Part shown: piece by piece, positions 29,562 through 32,000 of the stretch
Layout of the letters: each line of letters begins with the position of its first letter
Position numbering within the stretch: the first letter of the stretch is position 1
NCBI GenBank assembly: GCA_001695645.1
Contig: LVZN01000008.1
Span: 1 to 32,000, forward strand
Source: Erysipelotrichaceae bacterium MTC7
Lineage (GTDB): Bacteria > Bacillota_I > Bacilli_A > Erysipelotrichales > Erysipelotrichaceae
DNA length: 32,000 bases
Direction of reading: 5' to 3'
The notes under the pieces: generated by a model
Databases searched by the model: none
Told to the model about the DNA's origin: nothing
The model's input: the letters and a program-made list of their open reading frames with translations, nothing else
Made by a program: the position numbers and the translations under genes

Positions 29562-31529
29562 ATGAAAAACAATAAGCGCAATCCATTGTTGCTTTTGCCG
29601 TATTTACTGTTGGCATTGATGTTAATTTTCTTATTGCCATTCAACAATCTCAATGAGACCAAAGAGTTTACTTACAATGAATTTGTTAAGAAAGCCGAAA
29701 AGTTGGATTTCCAAGATGTTGAAATGGGAATTGGACCAGTGACCATAGAAGTAGAAGGTAAATATAAAAACAAGAAGGATGAAAGTGTTGCCTTTAGTGC
29801 AACATTACCAAAAACAGATGACAATATTAAGTGGTTACAAGAAACCCTTGATAATGGTGATAATAAAGTAAAAGTGTTTGAACCGGATGAAGAAAACATT
29901 CTACTTACGTTATTCATCAACTTCTTCCCAATTTTATTGTTGGGTGGATTTGTCTTCTTGATGTTCTCACGAATGGGTGGTGGACAACAAAACAAGGCAT
30001 TCGAATTTTCAAAATCGAGAGCAAAAATTCAAGGAAATGTAAAAACGCGTTTCAAAGATGTTGCTGGAGCTGATGAGGAAAAAGAAGAAGTTAAAGAAAT
30101 TATTGATTACTTAAAGAATCCAAAACGTTTCTCAGACATGGGAGCACGTATACCAAAGGGTATGTTAATGGTGGGTCCTCCAGGTACTGGGAAAACCTTA
30201 CTTGCAAAAGCAGTTGCAGGTGAAGCAGATGTACCATTCTTCTCGATCTCTGGTTCAGATTTCGTAGAAATGTTTGTTGGTACTGGGGCTAGCCGGGTTC
30301 GTGATATGTTTAAAAAAGCAAAGCAAGCAGCACCTTGTATCGTCTTCATTGATGAGATTGATGCAGTTGGTCGTCAACGTGGAGCTGGTATGGGTGGAGG
30401 AAACGATGAACGTGAACAAACCCTAAACCAATTGCTTGTTGAAATGGATGGAATGGAAGAAAATATTGGAATCGTGATTATCGCGGCTACCAACCGTCCA
30501 GATGTTCTTGACCCTGCTTTATTACGTAGTGGACGTTTTGACCGTCAAATTACCGTAAGTTTACCAGATAAAAAAGGACGTAGTGAAATTCTTGCAGTAC
30601 ACGCTAGAAATAAAAAGTTAGCACCAGATGTAACACTTGAAAACTTAGCACAACGTACACCAGGTTTCTCTGGAGCAGACTTAGAAAACGTCTTGAATGA
30701 AGGAGCGATTCTTGCGGTTCGTGGAAATCGCAAGTTAATCACAATGGATGATTTAGATGAAGCGGTTGACCGTGTTATGATGGGTCCAGCTAAGAAAAGT
30801 AAAAAATACAACGAAACTGATAAAAAACTGGTTGCGTACCATGAAGCTGGTCACGCCGTTATCGGTTTAAAACTTGAAGATGCAGATATGGTGCAAAAAG
30901 TTACCATCATCCCTCGTGGAGATGCTGGTGGTTACAACTTGATGACACCAAGAGAAGAAAAATACTTCCACCGTAAAAAGGAATACATGGCACAAATTAC
31001 TGGATTACTTGGTGGTCGTGTATCGGAAGAATTAGTCTTTGGAGAAATTAGTGCCGGAGCTGTAAATGACATTGAAAAGATTACAAAAATTGCAAAAGCA
31101 ATGGTACGTGTCTTTGGTATGTCGGCTTTAGGACCAATTCAATATGCAGATCCACAAGGAAATGTATTCCTTGGAAGAGATTACAACCAAGGGGCTGCTT
31201 ACTCAGGTGAGGTTGCATTTGAAATTGACCAAGAAGTACGTAAAATTGTGAACGAGTGTTACGCAGAATGTAAACGTATCCTTGTTGAAAATCGTAACCT
31301 ACTTGATTTGATTGCCAATTCGTTAATCGAAGAAGAAACATTAACAAGCGAACAAATCAACAACCTTGTTGCTTATGGAACATTAACTGCACCTGCTAGT
31401 GAAACACCTACAGAACCAGAAACCATCAAAGAACAAGATGAAAAAATGAAAGAACCTGAAGTTGTGGTACAACCAGAAGAACTACAGGAAAGCATTCCTA
31501 CGGCAGATGATTTACCAGACGCAGAATAA
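29562..31529 (+). CDS. ftsH: ATP-dependent zinc metalloprotease FtsH
   Basis: 655 aa with two N-terminal TM segments, Walker [14 protein letters not shown], Walker [10 protein letters not shown], the [22 protein letters not shown] and the zinc site HEAGHAV. Confidence 0.98.
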   Translation: MKNNKRNPLLLLPYLLLALMLIFLLPFNNLNETKEFTYNEFVKKAEKLDFQDVEMGIGPVTIEVEGKYKNKKDESVAFSATLPKTDDNIKWLQETLDNGDNKVKVFEPDEENILLTLFINFFPILLLGGFVFLMFSRMGGGQQNKAFEFSKSRAKIQGNVKTRFKDVAGADEEKEEVKEIIDYLKNPKRFSDMGARIPKGMLMVGPPGTGKTLLAKAVAGEADVPFFSISGSDFVEMFVGTGASRVRDMFKKAKQAAPCIVFIDEIDAVGRQRGAGMGGGNDEREQTLNQLLVEMDGMEENIGIVIIAATNRPDVLDPALLRSGRFDRQITVSLPDKKGRSEILAVHARNKKLAPDVTLENLAQRTPGFSGADLENVLNEGAILAVRGNRKLITMDDLDEAVDRVMMGPAKKSKKYNETDKKLVAYHEAGHAVIGLKLEDADMVQKVTIIPRGDAGGYNLMTPREEKYFHRKKEYMAQITGLLGGRVSEELVFGEISAGAVNDIEKITKIAKAMVRVFGMSALGPIQYADPQGNVFLGRDYNQGAAYSGEVAFEIDQEVRKIVNECYAECKRILVENRNLLDLIANSLIEEETLTSEQINNLVAYGTLTAPASETPTEPETIKEQDEKMKEPEVVVQPEELQESIPTADDLPDAE

Positions 31530-31532
31530 CCA

Positions 31533-31558
31533 AAAGAGGGCAACGTTGCCCTCTTTTA
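31533..31558 (+). terminator. Rho-independent terminator of ftsH
   Basis: AGAGGGCA-ACGT-TGCCCTCT followed by TTTT. Confidence 0.75.
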
Positions 31559-31627
31559 TTATCTTGGTGTCCAAGATGCATTCTAAGATACAGCTTTGCT
31601 ATAATAGAGCATATGGAGGAACTACAC

Positions 31628-32000
31628 ATGCATAAGAAAATTGCTTGCTTTGATATTGGAGGAACGTTGCTAAAGTGTGCCATAATTGATGAAACAGGAA
31701 CCTTTTTAGAACAGTGTTCATATCCATGGGCAACGAGTATGGAAGAATTGTTGGAACATATGGAGACCTTTATGAAAGGTTATGATGTTTTTGGGATTGC
31801 CATTAGTTGTTGTGGACCTGTGGATACCAAAACTAGTATGGTTAAAGGAAGTTTTAGCCAAGATCCAAACATTGAAGGATTTTCATGGAAAGAGCTGATG
31901 GACGAGCGCTTTGGCTTGCCTTGTGAAATCGAAAATGATGCCAACTGTTGTGCTCTTGGTGAACTCTATTTTGGAACGGCTAGAGATGTAAAAAACATGT
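31628..32000 (+). CDS. ROK-family sugar kinase/regulator, 5' part (runs off the window)
   Basis: Absent from the ORF track because it has no stop in the window. ATG 31628 is preceded by GGAGGA. My translation is MHKKIACFDIGGTLLKCAIIDETG...GLPCEIENDANCCALGELYFG, which contains the ROK DIGGT and ENDAN motifs. Confidence 0.8.
   Translation, partial: MHKKIACFDIGGTLLKCAIIDETGTFLEQCSYPWATSMEELLEHMETFMKGYDVFGIAISCCGPVDTKTSMVKGSFSQDPNIEGFSWKELMDERFGLPCEIENDANCCALGELYFGTARDVKNM

Overview
Densely coding chromosomal segment from a low-GC Gram-positive (Bacillota-type) genome. I cannot name the species from sequence alone. I support 29 CDS and see no rRNA, tRNA, CRISPR array, IS element or phage gene. 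Layout by region: (i) 83-1198, an odd Ig-like plus HExxH metalloprotease ORF. (ii) 1333-6318, minus strand, branched-chain amino acid genes ilvB-ilvN-ilvC, a terminator, then ilvD. (iii) 6562-9769, a tightly coupled plus-strand operon: small Phd/YefM-like ORF, tsaC, rpiB, glyA and a cyclophilin lipoprotein. (iv) an S41 C-terminal processing protease, then uvrB with an overlapping MFS transporter gene. (v) 14816-22537, an AT-richer accessory beta-glucoside/cellobiose locus: divergent LicR/MtlR-type PRD regulator, PTS EIIB, EIIC, EIIA, two tandem GH1 6-phospho-beta-glucosidases and a YczE-like membrane protein. (vi) envelope genes: Wzy_C/O-antigen-ligase-like, DUF1146, AI-2E transporter, mreB-family, tagO-like. 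(vii) the conserved tilS-hpt-ftsH block and the 5' part of a ROK kinase gene running off the window. Most of the window is ordinary housekeeping, and I found no convincing multi-gene novel system such as a defence island, toxin cassette or mobile element. The observations most worth a second look are: (a) the second GH1 enzyme has Gln where the catalytic acid/base Glu should be (FNQIN versus FNEIN), as in myrosinase-type thioglucosidases. (b) An orphan, C-terminally short Phd/YefM-like antitoxin-domain ORF overlaps tsaC. (c) A perfect 9-6-9 inverted repeat sits exactly between back-to-back divergent promoters of the PTS locus. (d) A cre-like palindrome lies about 90 bp upstream of a T-box-less ilvB promoter. 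(e) tilS is apparently leaderless. All functional calls rest on motif recognition in the supplied translations. No database search was possible.
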